Part shown: positions 22,927-33,038 of the stretch, piece by piece
Numbering within the stretch: position 1 is the stretch's first letter
Layout of the letters: every line of letters starts with the position of its first letter
NCBI GenBank assembly: GCA_963783375.1
Contig: CAWANH010000028.1
Span: 1,536,001 to 1,600,000 of the forward strand
Direction of reading: 5' to 3'
Origin: Candidatus Eiseniibacteriota bacterium
Lineage (GTDB): Bacteria > Eisenbacteria > RBG-16-71-46 > JABDJR01
DNA length: 64,000 bases
Notes under the pieces: generated by a model
What the model was told of the DNA's origin: nothing
Database searches by the model: none
What the model saw: only the letters and a program-made list of their open reading frames with translations
Position numbers and translations under genes: made by a program

Positions 22927-23901
22927 ATGTTTCGAGGACCCCTCTTCATCGTCGGCGCGCCGCGCTCGGGCACCAAGCTGCTGCTCAAGCTGGTGGGCCA
23001 GCACCCCCGGGCCGCGATGCCCGGGGGCGAGACCGAGTTCCTTCCCTACGTGGCCCGGCGGTGGGACCGCTTCGGTGATCTATCCGACCGCGAGACCTTC
23101 CGGGCCTTCGCGAAGTGGATGAGCCGGTTCATCTATTTCAGGGACCGGGCCCGCTGGAAGCGGCCGATGCTCGGCCCCGACGCGTGGCACGAAGCCTGCC
23201 GTGACTACACTCCGGCCGGGGTGTTCGAGGCCCTGGTCCGCCACGACAACGACGTCCCCCTCGAGTCTGATCGCATCTGGGGGGACAAGTCGCCGACCTA
23301 CATGGTCTCCCTGGATCTCCTTCACGAGCTCTTTCCCGAGGGGCGCTTCCTCCACATCATTCGCGATGTTCGCGACGTGGCCCTTTCCGCACGGGAGACG
23401 TGGGGGAAGAACATGCTCAGGACCGCCCAGCGCTGGGTGGACGACGTCGAGCGGTGCCGGGCCCAGGGGCGGGCGCTGGGCGACGCCTATCTGGAGATCC
23501 GGTTCGAGGACCTGATCGCCGACCCCGAGGCGGTGATGCGGCGGGTGTCCGAGTTCATGGAGGTGCCCTTCGACCCGGCCATGACCGCCCCCGCCCGCCC
23601 CACCGAGTTCGTCGGATCGGCCAAGGGACAGGCCCGGATCGTGAAATCGGCGCGGGAGCGCTGGGTCGCCCAGATGCCCGAGAAGACCCGGAGGCGGATC
23701 GAGAGCCTGGCCGGGCCCTTGCTCGAGGATCTCGGCTACCCGCTCCCCGACGGTCGGAGGAACCTGAAGCGCCTCTCCCGCCCTCATCTCCTGGCGCTCC
23801 AGGCCATGGACGGGGCCCACATCTGGGGAAGCCGGCTCCGGTCCTGGGGGGTTCGGGACGTGGTCCGCTACGGCTATCGCACATTCATCGCGCCCCGTTG
23901 A
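22927..23901 (+). CDS. PAPS-dependent sulfotransferase
   Basis: 5'-PSB FIVGAPRSGTKLL, WGDKSP, 3'-PB IIRDVRDVALS, RFEDL. Confidence 0.92.
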   Translation: MFRGPLFIVGAPRSGTKLLLKLVGQHPRAAMPGGETEFLPYVARRWDRFGDLSDRETFRAFAKWMSRFIYFRDRARWKRPMLGPDAWHEACRDYTPAGVFEALVRHDNDVPLESDRIWGDKSPTYMVSLDLLHELFPEGRFLHIIRDVRDVALSARETWGKNMLRTAQRWVDDVERCRAQGRALGDAYLEIRFEDLIADPEAVMRRVSEFMEVPFDPAMTAPARPTEFVGSAKGQARIVKSARERWVAQMPEKTRRRIESLAGPLLEDLGYPLPDGRRNLKRLSRPHLLALQAMDGAHIWGSRLRSWGVRDVVRYGYRTFIAPR

Positions 23902-23974
23902 CCCGGGGACACCGCTCACCGCAGCGAACGCCGGAGGCCGCGAGCCCCGGGCGTTCCCAGGAAGGGGAATCAGA

Positions 23975-25723
23975 GTGCCGCATCGACTGATCGAACCGCA
24001 CGGGGGGATCCTCGTCGATCCCATGATCGGCGCCGACCGCGCCGCCGAGCTGAAGGAACAATCCCGGGACTGGCCGAGCTGGGACCTCTCCCCTCGACAG
24101 ATCTGTGACCTCGAGCTCATCCTCTCGGGGGGGTTCTCGCCCCTGGCTGGATTCATGAACCGGGCCGACTACGACGCGGTCTGCGAGGGCATGCGGCTGG
24201 CCGACGGGACGCTCTGGCCGATCCCCATCACCCTCGACGTAACCGAGGAGGCGGCGAAAGGACTGGGGGAGGGCTCGGTTCTGGCGCTTCGCGATCCCGA
24301 GGGGGTCATGCTCGCCGCGCTCCACGTGGACGAGGTGTGGCGGCCCGACCGTGAAGCCGAGGCGAATAAGGTCTACGGCACCGCCGATTCCGCGCACCCG
24401 GCCGTGGCCGATCTCCTCCGTCCCGCACGCCCGGTCTACGTGGGGGGGCGGGTCGAGGGGATCCAGTCGCCGGCCCACTTCGACTTCAGCGACCTCCGCA
24501 TGACCCCCCGCCGGCTCCGCGAGGAGTTCGAGCGGCTGGGCTGGAGGAAGATCGTGGCCTTCCAGACCCGGAATCCCATGCACCGCGCCCACCAGGAGAT
24601 CACCCTGCGGGCGGCCCTGGAGCACCGGGCCAACCTGCTCGTCCATCCGGTGGTGGGGATGACCAAGCCGGGCGACGTGGACCACTACACCCGGGTCCGC
24701 TGCTACCAGGCCATCCTCGACCGGTACCCCCGCGAGACCGCCATGCTCTCGCTCCTTCCCCTGGCCATGCGGATGGCCGGACCCCGGTCGGCGCTCTGGC
24801 ACGCCATCATCCGGAAGAACCACGGCTGCACCCATCTCATCGTGGGCCGCGACCACGCCGGTCCGGGGAACGACTCCACGGGGAAGCCTTTCTACGGCCC
24901 CTACGACGCCCAGGAACTCTTGAGCCGGCACGAGGAGGAGCTGGGGGTGACCATGGTCCCCTTCCGGATGATGGTGTACGTGGAGGATCTCGACGCCTAC
25001 CAGCCCGCGGACCAGGTGGCGGAAGGCTCGCGGGTGCTCAACATCTCGGGCACCGAACTCCGCGACCGGCTGGCCCAGGGGCGGGACATCCCAGAGTGGT
25101 TCAGCTTTCCCGAGGTGGCGCGGGAGCTCCAGCGGAGCCATCCGCCCCGCCATGCCCAGGGATTCACCGTGTTCTTCACCGGGCTTTCGGGGGCGGGAAA
25201 GTCCACCGTGGCCAACGTGCTCATGGTGAAGTTCCTGGAGATGGGGGGCCGACCGGTCACCCTTCTCGACGGGGACATCGTGCGCACGAACCTCTCCTCG
25301 GAGCTCGGTTTCTCCAAGGAGCACCGGGACATCAACATCCGCCGGATCGGCTTCGTGGCCTCGGAGATCACCAAGAACGGTGGGATCGCCATCTGTGCCC
25401 CCATCGCCCCCTACGACGCGGTGCGGAAGGAGGTGCGCGGGACGGTGAGCCCCGGCGGCGGTTTCGTGCTGGTCCACGTGTCCACCTCTCTCGAGGTGTG
25501 CGAGAGCCGCGACCGCAAGGGCCTCTACGCCAAGGCCCGGGCGGGGATCATCAAGGAGTTCACCGGCATCTCCGACCCCTACGAGGCGCCCGACGACGCC
25601 GAGGTGATTCTCGACACCGCCGAGCTCTCCCCCGAGGAGGCCGCCCACGAGGTGCTTCTCCACCTCGAGCGCGAGGGGTACATCGGGGCCGCATCCGGCG
25701 ATCCCGTCCGGGACCCGGCTTGA
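23975..25723 (+). CDS. sat/cysC: Bifunctional sulfate adenylyltransferase / adenylylsulfate kinase
   Basis: FQTRNPMHRAH, GRDHAG; kinase P-loop GLSGAGKS, LDGD, FTGISDPYE. Confidence 0.96.
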   Translation: MPHRLIEPHGGILVDPMIGADRAAELKEQSRDWPSWDLSPRQICDLELILSGGFSPLAGFMNRADYDAVCEGMRLADGTLWPIPITLDVTEEAAKGLGEGSVLALRDPEGVMLAALHVDEVWRPDREAEANKVYGTADSAHPAVADLLRPARPVYVGGRVEGIQSPAHFDFSDLRMTPRRLREEFERLGWRKIVAFQTRNPMHRAHQEITLRAALEHRANLLVHPVVGMTKPGDVDHYTRVRCYQAILDRYPRETAMLSLLPLAMRMAGPRSALWHAIIRKNHGCTHLIVGRDHAGPGNDSTGKPFYGPYDAQELLSRHEEELGVTMVPFRMMVYVEDLDAYQPADQVAEGSRVLNISGTELRDRLAQGRDIPEWFSFPEVARELQRSHPPRHAQGFTVFFTGLSGAGKSTVANVLMVKFLEMGGRPVTLLDGDIVRTNLSSELGFSKEHRDINIRRIGFVASEITKNGGIAICAPIAPYDAVRKEVRGTVSPGGGFVLVHVSTSLEVCESRDRKGLYAKARAGIIKEFTGISDPYEAPDDAEVILDTAELSPEEAAHEVLLHLEREGYIGAASGDPVRDPA

Positions 25724-26532
25724 GCGCGAGGGCCCGGCGCGACGATCTCGATCGGATCCGCGACGCTCTCGAGACGGCGCGGCGCGTGCTGGCCGGTCTG
25801 GGGGGGGAAACCGATCCGGTGGCGATGAAGGAGCGGGGCGATCCCCTGACCGCGGCGGACCTGGCGGTGGATGAGGCCCTGAAGGGACTTCTCCCGCGCG
25901 ACGGCGAGGGCTGGCTCTCCGAGGAGACCGCGGACGACCCCGGCCGTCTTCGCGCCCGCCGGGTCTGGGTGGTGGACCCGGTGGACGGGACCCGGGAGTT
26001 CGTCCAGGGAATACCCGAGTGGTGCGTCTCGGTGGGTCTGGTGGAGGACGGGGAAGCGGTGGCCGGGGGGATCCTGAACCCGGTCGCCGATCAGCTCATC
26101 CTGGGGTCGCTGGATACGGGGGTCACGGTGAACGGAGAACCCGCGCCCCGGCGGAACCGTCCCGAGGCCCCGCCACCCACGGTGCTGGCCAGCCGGAGCG
26201 AGGTCCGGCGGGGGGAGTGGGAGCGCTTCGCCGACGCCTGGTTCACGGTGAAGCCGATGGGCTCGGTGGCCTACAAGCTGGGGCTGGTGGCGGCCGGCCT
26301 GGCCGATGCGACCTGGACCCTGGTGCCCAAGCACGAGTGGGACGTCGCGGCGGGGACGGCCCTGGTTCGGGCCGCGGGGGGGGTGGTTCGGGTGCGCGAC
26401 GGCTCGATACCCCGTTTCAACCGGGAGCGCCCGAAGCTCGACGGGCTCATGGCGGTGGGCGACCCGGCCCTCCTGGAGCGGGTGATCCGGATCCTGGACG
26501 GTTTCGGCCGGCCTCCGGACGGTTTAGAGTAG
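25720..26532 (+). CDS. cysQ: 3'(2'),5'-bisphosphate nucleotidase CysQ
   Basis: SEET, VDPVDGTREF, EWDVAAG inositol-monophosphatase motifs; TTG start overlaps the sat/cysC stop. Confidence 0.88.
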   Translation: MSARARRDDLDRIRDALETARRVLAGLGGETDPVAMKERGDPLTAADLAVDEALKGLLPRDGEGWLSEETADDPGRLRARRVWVVDPVDGTREFVQGIPEWCVSVGLVEDGEAVAGGILNPVADQLILGSLDTGVTVNGEPAPRRNRPEAPPPTVLASRSEVRRGEWERFADAWFTVKPMGSVAYKLGLVAAGLADATWTLVPKHEWDVAAGTALVRAAGGVVRVRDGSIPRFNRERPKLDGLMAVGDPALLERVIRILDGFGRPPDGLE

Positions 26533-26539
26533 CCCTCCG

Positions 26540-27871
26540 ATGAGCACCAACCCGGCCGGACGTCTCCCCATTCGCACTGCCCTGATCGTGTTTCTCCTCG
26601 CCCTGGTCGTGCGGATCCTGTTCGTCCACTTCGTGTTCAAGAACCAGTTCTACTTCAGCGACGAGCGGAACTACTTCCTCCAGGCGGACGAGGTGGCCGG
26701 GGGCCGGTGGCTGGGCACCAACACCCTCACTCCGCCCGGGCCTCTCTACTTCATTGCGGCGGGACGCGCCCTGGGCCTGGACATCGCCGGCCTTCGGGTC
26801 GTGCAGGCGGTCCTGGGCGCCGCCGCCGCCGGTCTCACCGTCCTCCTGGGGACGGTGCTTTTGGGACCGCTGGTGGGTCTCCTCGCCGGCCTCGGGGTGG
26901 CGATCTATCCGTACCTGGCGTACCTGGCCGGCGTGTTCTACACCCAGAACGTGGTCATCCCCCTCCTGCTCTTCCTGCTCCTGGCGCTCTACCGGCGTCA
27001 GGCCGGCTCCGGTCGCGGCTGGGTGGCCGCCGGCGGGGTGGCCCTGGGCTTGGGGGGCATCTTCATGGTCCCCCTCTTTCTCACCGCGCCGTTCCTGGCG
27101 GTGTGGCACGGGCTCCGGGTCCGCCCCCTCCGCCGGGGGTTCGTGGACGTGGTGGTCCTCACCGCGGTGACCGTGCTCATGCTGGTTCCGGTCACGCTCC
27201 GGAACTACGCGCTGGACCACCGGTTCGTCTTTGTGAGCTCGATGGGGGCGTCCTCGTTCTACGGCTCCAACAACCCCGAGATCGATGCCCGGAGCCGCGA
27301 CGCCGAGCAGTGGATCGAGATCAACAAGGTCGAGGTGAAGGAAGAGCAGAAACGGATGGGATGGTCCGACGCGGAGCTCGACTCCGCGCTGACCGCACGG
27401 GCCTGGTCCTACATCCGCACCCAGCCCGGGCGGGCGCTCCGGATGTATCTCCTCCGGGTGGAGAACATGTGGGCGTTCAAGCCGCACCCCTGGACCTCGA
27501 ACGCGCACACCGGGAGCCGGCAGTTTCTGGTCGCCGCCCTCACCTCGGGTCCGACCATCGTCCTGGCTCTGGTGGGGATGCTGGTCTTCCTCCGCTTCTT
27601 CGGAAGGCTCTTTGCCCTCTACGCGGTGCCGGCGGTGCTCACCCTGGGCTTCTCCCTGTTCAACACCACCGTCCGCTACCGGCTCACCTTCGAGCCGCTG
27701 CTCCTGATCTTCGCCGCGGGGCTGTTGGTGTGGGTGTTCGCGCGGGGGCGCCTCGGCGGCCTCGTGAACCCGGCCCCGGTGCGTGCCCGCGCCGAGGCTC
27801 CGGCCCCCGCCCCCCATCTCCCCCCGCCGCCTCCGCCCTTCCGCCCCCACGAGCGGAAGCCCAAGCGCTGA
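26540..27871 (+). CDS. GT-C fold integral membrane glycosyltransferase (ArnT/GT39-like)
   Basis: SDE..Y in the first loop, PPG, multiple TM helices, RNY...FV periplasmic loop, RYR near the C-terminus. Confidence 0.75.
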   Translation: MSTNPAGRLPIRTALIVFLLALVVRILFVHFVFKNQFYFSDERNYFLQADEVAGGRWLGTNTLTPPGPLYFIAAGRALGLDIAGLRVVQAVLGAAAAGLTVLLGTVLLGPLVGLLAGLGVAIYPYLAYLAGVFYTQNVVIPLLLFLLLALYRRQAGSGRGWVAAGGVALGLGGIFMVPLFLTAPFLAVWHGLRVRPLRRGFVDVVVLTAVTVLMLVPVTLRNYALDHRFVFVSSMGASSFYGSNNPEIDARSRDAEQWIEINKVEVKEEQKRMGWSDAELDSALTARAWSYIRTQPGRALRMYLLRVENMWAFKPHPWTSNAHTGSRQFLVAALTSGPTIVLALVGMLVFLRFFGRLFALYAVPAVLTLGFSLFNTTVRYRLTFEPLLLIFAAGLLVWVFARGRLGGLVNPAPVRARAEAPAPAPHLPPPPPPFRPHERKPKR

Positions 27872-27988
27872 GCCCCGGCGCCGTCCGGCACCGGGGCCCG
27901 CAGGTCTTGCGTCGGTTGCCGGCGGAAGGCCAGGGCCGCCGGCGGGACTCGGCTGAAGGAGGCCGATGCCTCCCCCGGCCGGCCGCGG

Positions 27989-30900
27989 TCAGGGCACCCG
28001 GGTGATCTTGGACGTCCCCGCGTTCTTCCCGTCCACCACGACCCGGGTGAAGAAGATCCCGGCCCCGGCGTCGACCCCGCTCTCCGTCCGCCCGTCCCAG
28101 CGGAGCGCGTGCTCCCCGGCGGGCATGCTGCCCGAGTAGAGCACCCGCACCCGGCGCCCGGAGAGATCGAACACCTCCGCCCGCACGTTGTAGCGATCCT
28201 TCCCGCCCTGAGCCGGGCCGGCCAGGACGAGAGGCACCGCGGTCGGCCCCATGGCCGGGTTGGGGAAGGCCGCGCGCACCCGGATTCCCGACGGACCGGC
28301 GTCCGGCGGCGCGCCGGTGGTGATGTTCTTGGGGTCGGGGAGACCGTTCCCGTCGACGTCCACCGTCACCGCGCAGAAGTTGTCCACCTGGGGGAGCGTC
28401 GCCGAGACGTTGTTGGGGCAGACGTCGCCGCCCAGCTCTCCGTCCGGCTCGGGGTCCCAGCAGACCGAGGCCACCACCGCGATCTTCGCCCCGGCCGGGA
28501 CCGTCCCCGGTCCCAGGCCGTAGATCACGTCCCAGGGAATCGCCAGCTCGCTCCCGCCGTTGTTGCCGTTCAGGTGCTGGGGGTCGAAGGCCATGATGAC
28601 CTGGGAACTCAGATCGGTGCTGGTGGTGGGACCGGTCAGCCGCCAGAAGCTCTGCCCGTCAAAGGAACCCTGGTGCTGGTAGGCCCCCAGCTGGAAGTCG
28701 GGCCGGAAGCCCGGCCCGCTGAAGGACGCCCCGCGCTCCCAGGCGTCGATGGCGGTGAGATCGGTATAGCCGTTCGGGCCGTCGAGGTCGGAGTCCAGGT
28801 AGAGGAGCCAGGAATTCCCCTGCACCCGCCCCAGAACCCCCAGGTAGAGATAGGTGTCGTCCCAGTCCACGTAGAGGGCGTTGATCTCGTTGGTGTCCCC
28901 CGGCGCGCTGCTGTTCCAGGCCGAATCCCAGAAGTCCTCGCACGACCAGCGCGGGGACGACCAGTCGGCTGCGTTGATCAGCCCGTCGATCTGGATCGCG
29001 GTGGGGGGGGTGAAGTTGATGGCCACGTTGTCCAGGTTGGTGATCTGGAGGTTGGGGTTGGAGGACGCGTCCTGGACGCTCCCCGCGGCCAACAGGAGCT
29101 CCAGGCTCGAGGTGTTGAGCGCCTCCAGGGCCGAGGCGGTGCCCGGGGTGAGATCGAAGTCCAGCCGCTTGCTCGAGGTCCCGCCGGTGGTCAGGGTCTC
29201 GGAGCCGGTCAGGGTCACCTCCGCGGTCCCGTCGTCGTTGTCGTCGACGGCGAAACCGGTCTGGACCACCGAGGCGATCTGGACCGCCTCGTCGAAATAC
29301 AGGGTCAGATGATCGGTGCCCGGGTAGTAGACCCCGTAGGTGGGGGAGGGGCCGATGGTGTCGGTCAGCCCGTCCCGCAGGGCCTTCAGCTCGGGGACGT
29401 GGCCGTTCCCGTCCAGCGCGCTCGTGTAGCCCCCGTAGAGGTAAACCTCGAAGGGGCTGTCCCCGTACAGCTCGTCTCCCTCGAGGAGGGTGGCGGAGAA
29501 CTGGAGGTTGTGGTGGGCGCCGGCGCTCCCCACCACGATGGCCGCGGTGGCGTCGGTGTCCGGGTTCTTCTGGCCGAAGTAGCCGCCGCCGTCGGGATCC
29601 CAGACCCGGTCCAGGGTCCCGCTCCAGGTCATGTCCAGGAGATCGGGGCTCATCCCGCTCTTCACGTACACGCGGTTTCCGTCCGCGCGGTAGACCACGT
29701 CCAGGTAGGGATCCCCCAGGGTGAGGGACACGGTCTTCGAGATCCCGTAGGCGGTGAGCTCGGCGCTCACCGTGTTCCCGGCGCCCGAGAGGACCTGGAG
29801 CCCGTAGAGGTCGCCCTCCCGGTCGGTCCCGTTCACGCTCACGTCGGAGAGGGCGGCGACGTGGTTGGTCTCGTTGTAGTCGCCGTCGGTGTCCGCCCAG
29901 TAGGCGTTGTCGTTCGACACCACGCTGTAGTTGTAGTCCACCCCCTTGCAGAACAGCCACTGGAGCTTCCCCCCGATGGTGTCGAACACCGCCATCAGGC
30001 GGTCGTTGTACATCACCAGCTCGTCCACCCCGTCGTCGTCGATGTCGGAGAGGTAGGCCCCGGTGGGGTTGGCGTAAAGGCCGGCGGCCCAGCGGGCGGC
30101 CTCGGCGTGGGGGTTGGCGGAGCGGATGTGGTTCGAGTAGTGGTTCTCCCATCCCGAGATCTCGCCGTTGTCGTGCCAGCCCGTCTCGTGGAGGTTGGTG
30201 ACCAGGATGTACCAGGCCATCTCGGAGAGGTTGTTGACCGGCGCGGCCAGGATGTTGTCGAGGGCGTTGTTCCACTGGGTGCCGTAGTCCAGCTTGGGAA
30301 CGTGGTTGTCCAGGTTCGACGACCCCGTGTAGCCGGCCCAGTCGCCGTACCAGAAGTTGTTCCCCCCGCCGTAGCCATCGAATCCCCCCAGGAGCCCGTA
30401 GGTGCCGCTCTGGAGGGTGATGGACTGGGTGGTGAAGCCGGGATCCTGGAGCACGTCGGTGAGCTTCCAGACCCCGACCACCCCGCTGTTGGCCGAGCAC
30501 TGCTGGAGCACGTGTATGTAGTTGTTCAGGGCGTCGGGGTTCCCGGCTCCCTGGGAGACCTCGGCCGCGATCTCCGCGTCGTTCCCGTAGATGATGATCT
30601 CGTCCGAGGTACCGGCGAGGATGGTGTTCCAGGCCGCGCCCCAGTCGTAGTTCACCTGCCCCACGAAGTCGTTGTCGATGGGGAGCACCTTCAAGCCGTT
30701 GTAGGTGTAGATGTGGTGGTCGTTGAAGGTGTTGTCGTTGTACCCGCAGTGGATGTAGTCGTCGAGGATCACCGCCCAGATGCCGTTGTTGGTGAAGTTG
30801 TCGCCGATGTAGTCGATCACGTTCCCGCTGGCGGTGTGCCCGTTCCCGTCGTTGTCGGGGTTCTCGCACCAGACGCGCTCCGGCACCCAGGCCACCCGGG

Positions 30901-32011
30901 GGGTGAAGCCGTAGCGCTGGACGATCATGCTGTTCTCGACCGCCACCGCCTTCCCGTTCACCTCGTCGCGGAGGAACGGCATCATCTGCTGGCCGTAGGC
31001 GGAGGTGATCATTTCCACCCAGCCCCCGGTGACCCCGGCGGCCAGCCAGTCGTTGAAGCTCTTGTCGTGCCACTGGGCGGCGGAGATCAGGGTGCCGGCC
31101 TGGTGCCAGTTCACGGGGAGGTTGTAGTACTGGTGGGCGGCCAGGAGTTCGTCGGCCCCGTCGTCGGGGTTGTTCGGGTCCCCGTCGTAGGCCGCGTTCT
31201 CCCCCCGCTCGCCCCGGAACACCGTGGTGTAGGTGAGCCCCTGGTTCAGGTGCTGGACGAAGGCCACGTTGTGGGTGCTGGAGGTGGGGGCGTTGGTGGC
31301 GGTGATGGAGTCGAGCACCCGGCTCCCGTCGGTGGTGATGACGTAGAACCGCACCGGGGTGGCGTCGTCGGCGGCCGCCCGCGCGGCCACCGCGTCGTAG
31401 TCCGCGGCCGGCTTTCCCGCCGCCCGCGCCGCGGCCTCGGCGAAGCCCCCGGGGAGCCAAAGGCTCCCCTCCAGCATGTCCCAGCTCTTCGACTCGCGCA
31501 CCGAGCGGAGCCGCTCGGTCTCCCGCGCGTCCCCCCGGTCGTCGAGGATCCTTCCGGTCAGGGTCCCGCCGTTCTCGGTGAGTTCAACCGCCCGGTCCCA
31601 GGCGAAGGGGGCCTCACCGGCGATTCCGTCGGGCAGCGCCTTCGTTCCGCCGGGGGCGTAGTCCATGAGGACGATGGCCCGCACCCCGGGATCGAGAACC
31701 GGCGCGGAGTCCTTCACTCCGGCCTCGCGGAAGAGGTTCACCCGGAAGTTCAATCGATCGATCTCCTGGTCGTAGTAGAACCCCATGAGATCGCCGCGGG
31801 CGGCGCGGCCCTCGGCTCCGTCATAGACCGGGTCGAGCGCCTTGGCCTGGGTCCGGCTCCAGAGGTGGGGATTCCCCTGGATCTCGAGCCCGGGGGCGGC
31901 GACTGCGGGGGCGATCCAATCGTGGGCGTCCACCTCGCCGACGCCGTGGCTCGCCAGGGGAAGAGTGCCCAGAACCAGAAGCAGGGGAAGGAGACGGCGG
32001 GTGACCTTCAT
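27989..32011 (-). CDS. Large secreted glycoside hydrolase family 57-like protein with C-terminal FlgD-Ig/T9SS-like domain
   Basis: Signal peptide MKVTRR...; GH57-like FVQHLNQ, VEMITSAYGQQMMP, WVPERVW, YGNDAE; C-terminal AFPNP...FDLSGRRVR...WDGR. Confidence 0.75.
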   Translation of the reverse strand: MKVTRRLLPLLLVLGTLPLASHGVGEVDAHDWIAPAVAAPGLEIQGNPHLWSRTQAKALDPVYDGAEGRAARGDLMGFYYDQEIDRLNFRVNLFREAGVKDSAPVLDPGVRAIVLMDYAPGGTKALPDGIAGEAPFAWDRAVELTENGGTLTGRILDDRGDARETERLRSVRESKSWDMLEGSLWLPGGFAEAAARAAGKPAADYDAVAARAAADDATPVRFYVITTDGSRVLDSITATNAPTSSTHNVAFVQHLNQGLTYTTVFRGERGENAAYDGDPNNPDDGADELLAAHQYYNLPVNWHQAGTLISAAQWHDKSFNDWLAAGVTGGWVEMITSAYGQQMMPFLRDEVNGKAVAVENSMIVQRYGFTPRVAWVPERVWCENPDNDGNGHTASGNVIDYIGDNFTNNGIWAVILDDYIHCGYNDNTFNDHHIYTYNGLKVLPIDNDFVGQVNYDWGAAWNTILAGTSDEIIIYGNDAEIAAEVSQGAGNPDALNNYIHVLQQCSANSGVVGVWKLTDVLQDPGFTTQSITLQSGTYGLLGGFDGYGGGNNFWYGDWAGYTGSSNLDNHVPKLDYGTQWNNALDNILAAPVNNLSEMAWYILVTNLHETGWHDNGEISGWENHYSNHIRSANPHAEAARWAAGLYANPTGAYLSDIDDDGVDELVMYNDRLMAVFDTIGGKLQWLFCKGVDYNYSVVSNDNAYWADTDGDYNETNHVAALSDVSVNGTDREGDLYGLQVLSGAGNTVSAELTAYGISKTVSLTLGDPYLDVVYRADGNRVYVKSGMSPDLLDMTWSGTLDRVWDPDGGGYFGQKNPDTDATAAIVVGSAGAHHNLQFSATLLEGDELYGDSPFEVYLYGGYTSALDGNGHVPELKALRDGLTDTIGPSPTYGVYYPGTDHLTLYFDEAVQIASVVQTGFAVDDNDDGTAEVTLTGSETLTTGGTSSKRLDFDLTPGTASALEALNTSSLELLLAAGSVQDASSNPNLQITNLDNVAINFTPPTAIQIDGLINAADWSSPRWSCEDFWDSAWNSSAPGDTNEINALYVDWDDTYLYLGVLGRVQGNSWLLYLDSDLDGPNGYTDLTAIDAWERGASFSGPGFRPDFQLGAYQHQGSFDGQSFWRLTGPTTSTDLSSQVIMAFDPQHLNGNNGGSELAIPWDVIYGLGPGTVPAGAKIAVVASVCWDPEPDGELGGDVCPNNVSATLPQVDNFCAVTVDVDGNGLPDPKNITTGAPPDAGPSGIRVRAAFPNPAMGPTAVPLVLAGPAQGGKDRYNVRAEVFDLSGRRVRVLYSGSMPAGEHALRWDGRTESGVDAGAGIFFTRVVVDGKNAGTSKITRVP

Positions 32012-32262
32012 GAAGGTGACTCCTTGTGGGTTGGACCGGTCCAACTCCTCGGGATAAAGCAATGATGCCGGCATGGTCGAGTTCGTTCCAGGATCGGGTG
32101 GGCCTACCGCCACGGGGTTCGGGGGAACGGCGAAGACCGCGTCTATTTTACCAAATCGCCTGCCCGCCAACCAAATAGACGTTCGGTAAGCCCGCGGGAA
32201 TTCCGTTGCCCGGGACCCGCGCCTGTGCCATTCTCGCACCGGATTCACTCTTGGAGGTCCCC

Positions 32263-33006
32263 ATGGTATCCGGTCGCCCCCCCCGTAAAGTCCACCACAT
32301 TCTGCCGTTACCCCGGCTCGACGTGGAGAAGGCCCCGCCCTTCGGGAGAGAGGTGAGCCAGGAAGTCGACTTCCTGATCGAGCTCATGGATCTCCGGCCG
32401 GACGAGGAGATCCTCGACGTGGCCTCGGGCGCGGGGCGCCACGCCCTGGAACTGGCGCGGCGCGAATACCGCCACGTCACCGCCATCGACCTCTCCGACC
32501 AGCTCCTGGGAATCGGCCGGCGTTGCGCGGAGGCGCTCGGCCTCGCGGTCGACTTCATCAAGGGCGATGCGCGGAAGCCGATGGAGGCGGAACGCTTCGA
32601 CGCCGCGCTCCTCCTGGGGGGCGGCGCGTTCGGGCTCATGGAATCGGACGCGGAGAACTACGCGATCCTGGACGCCACCTACGCCGCGCTCAAGCCCGGC
32701 GGCCGGCTGGCCCTGAGCGCCATGAACCTCCTCCACCTGATCCGCCAGCGCCAGGATCTCTCGGGGTTCGACCCCCAGACCAACTTTCTCACCACCACCG
32801 AGCGGGTGCAGATCGAGGGGGACGTGGTGGAGGAACTGCCGCTGCACGAGCGTTACTACGTGCTGCCGGGACTCCGAAACGACCTGGGGCGGGTGGGATT
32901 CCGGAACATCATGGGCTTCGGGGCGGACGCCGGCCGGTTCTCGAGCCGGGCCATCGCCACCGACGACCCCGAGATCCTGGTCTACGCGGTGAAGCCCAAG
33001 AACTGA
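32263..33006 (+). CDS. Class I SAM-dependent methyltransferase
   Basis: RBS GGAGG; EVDFL, ILDVASGAGRHALELAR, IDLS, LKPGG. Confidence 0.88.
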   Translation: MVSGRPPRKVHHILPLPRLDVEKAPPFGREVSQEVDFLIELMDLRPDEEILDVASGAGRHALELARREYRHVTAIDLSDQLLGIGRRCAEALGLAVDFIKGDARKPMEAERFDAALLLGGGAFGLMESDAENYAILDATYAALKPGGRLALSAMNLLHLIRQRQDLSGFDPQTNFLTTTERVQIEGDVVEELPLHERYYVLPGLRNDLGRVGFRNIMGFGADAGRFSSRAIATDDPEILVYAVKPKN

Positions 33007-33038
33007 ATGTCCCGTCCATTCCGAGAGGTCCGGCGCGC

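Noticed and set aside
28109-32065. Very long antisense or alternative-frame ORFs (also 1510..3675, 11401..14442, 37824..40058, 5486..8302)
   Set aside because: These are shadow ORFs expected in high-GC DNA opposite genes with clear family motifs.
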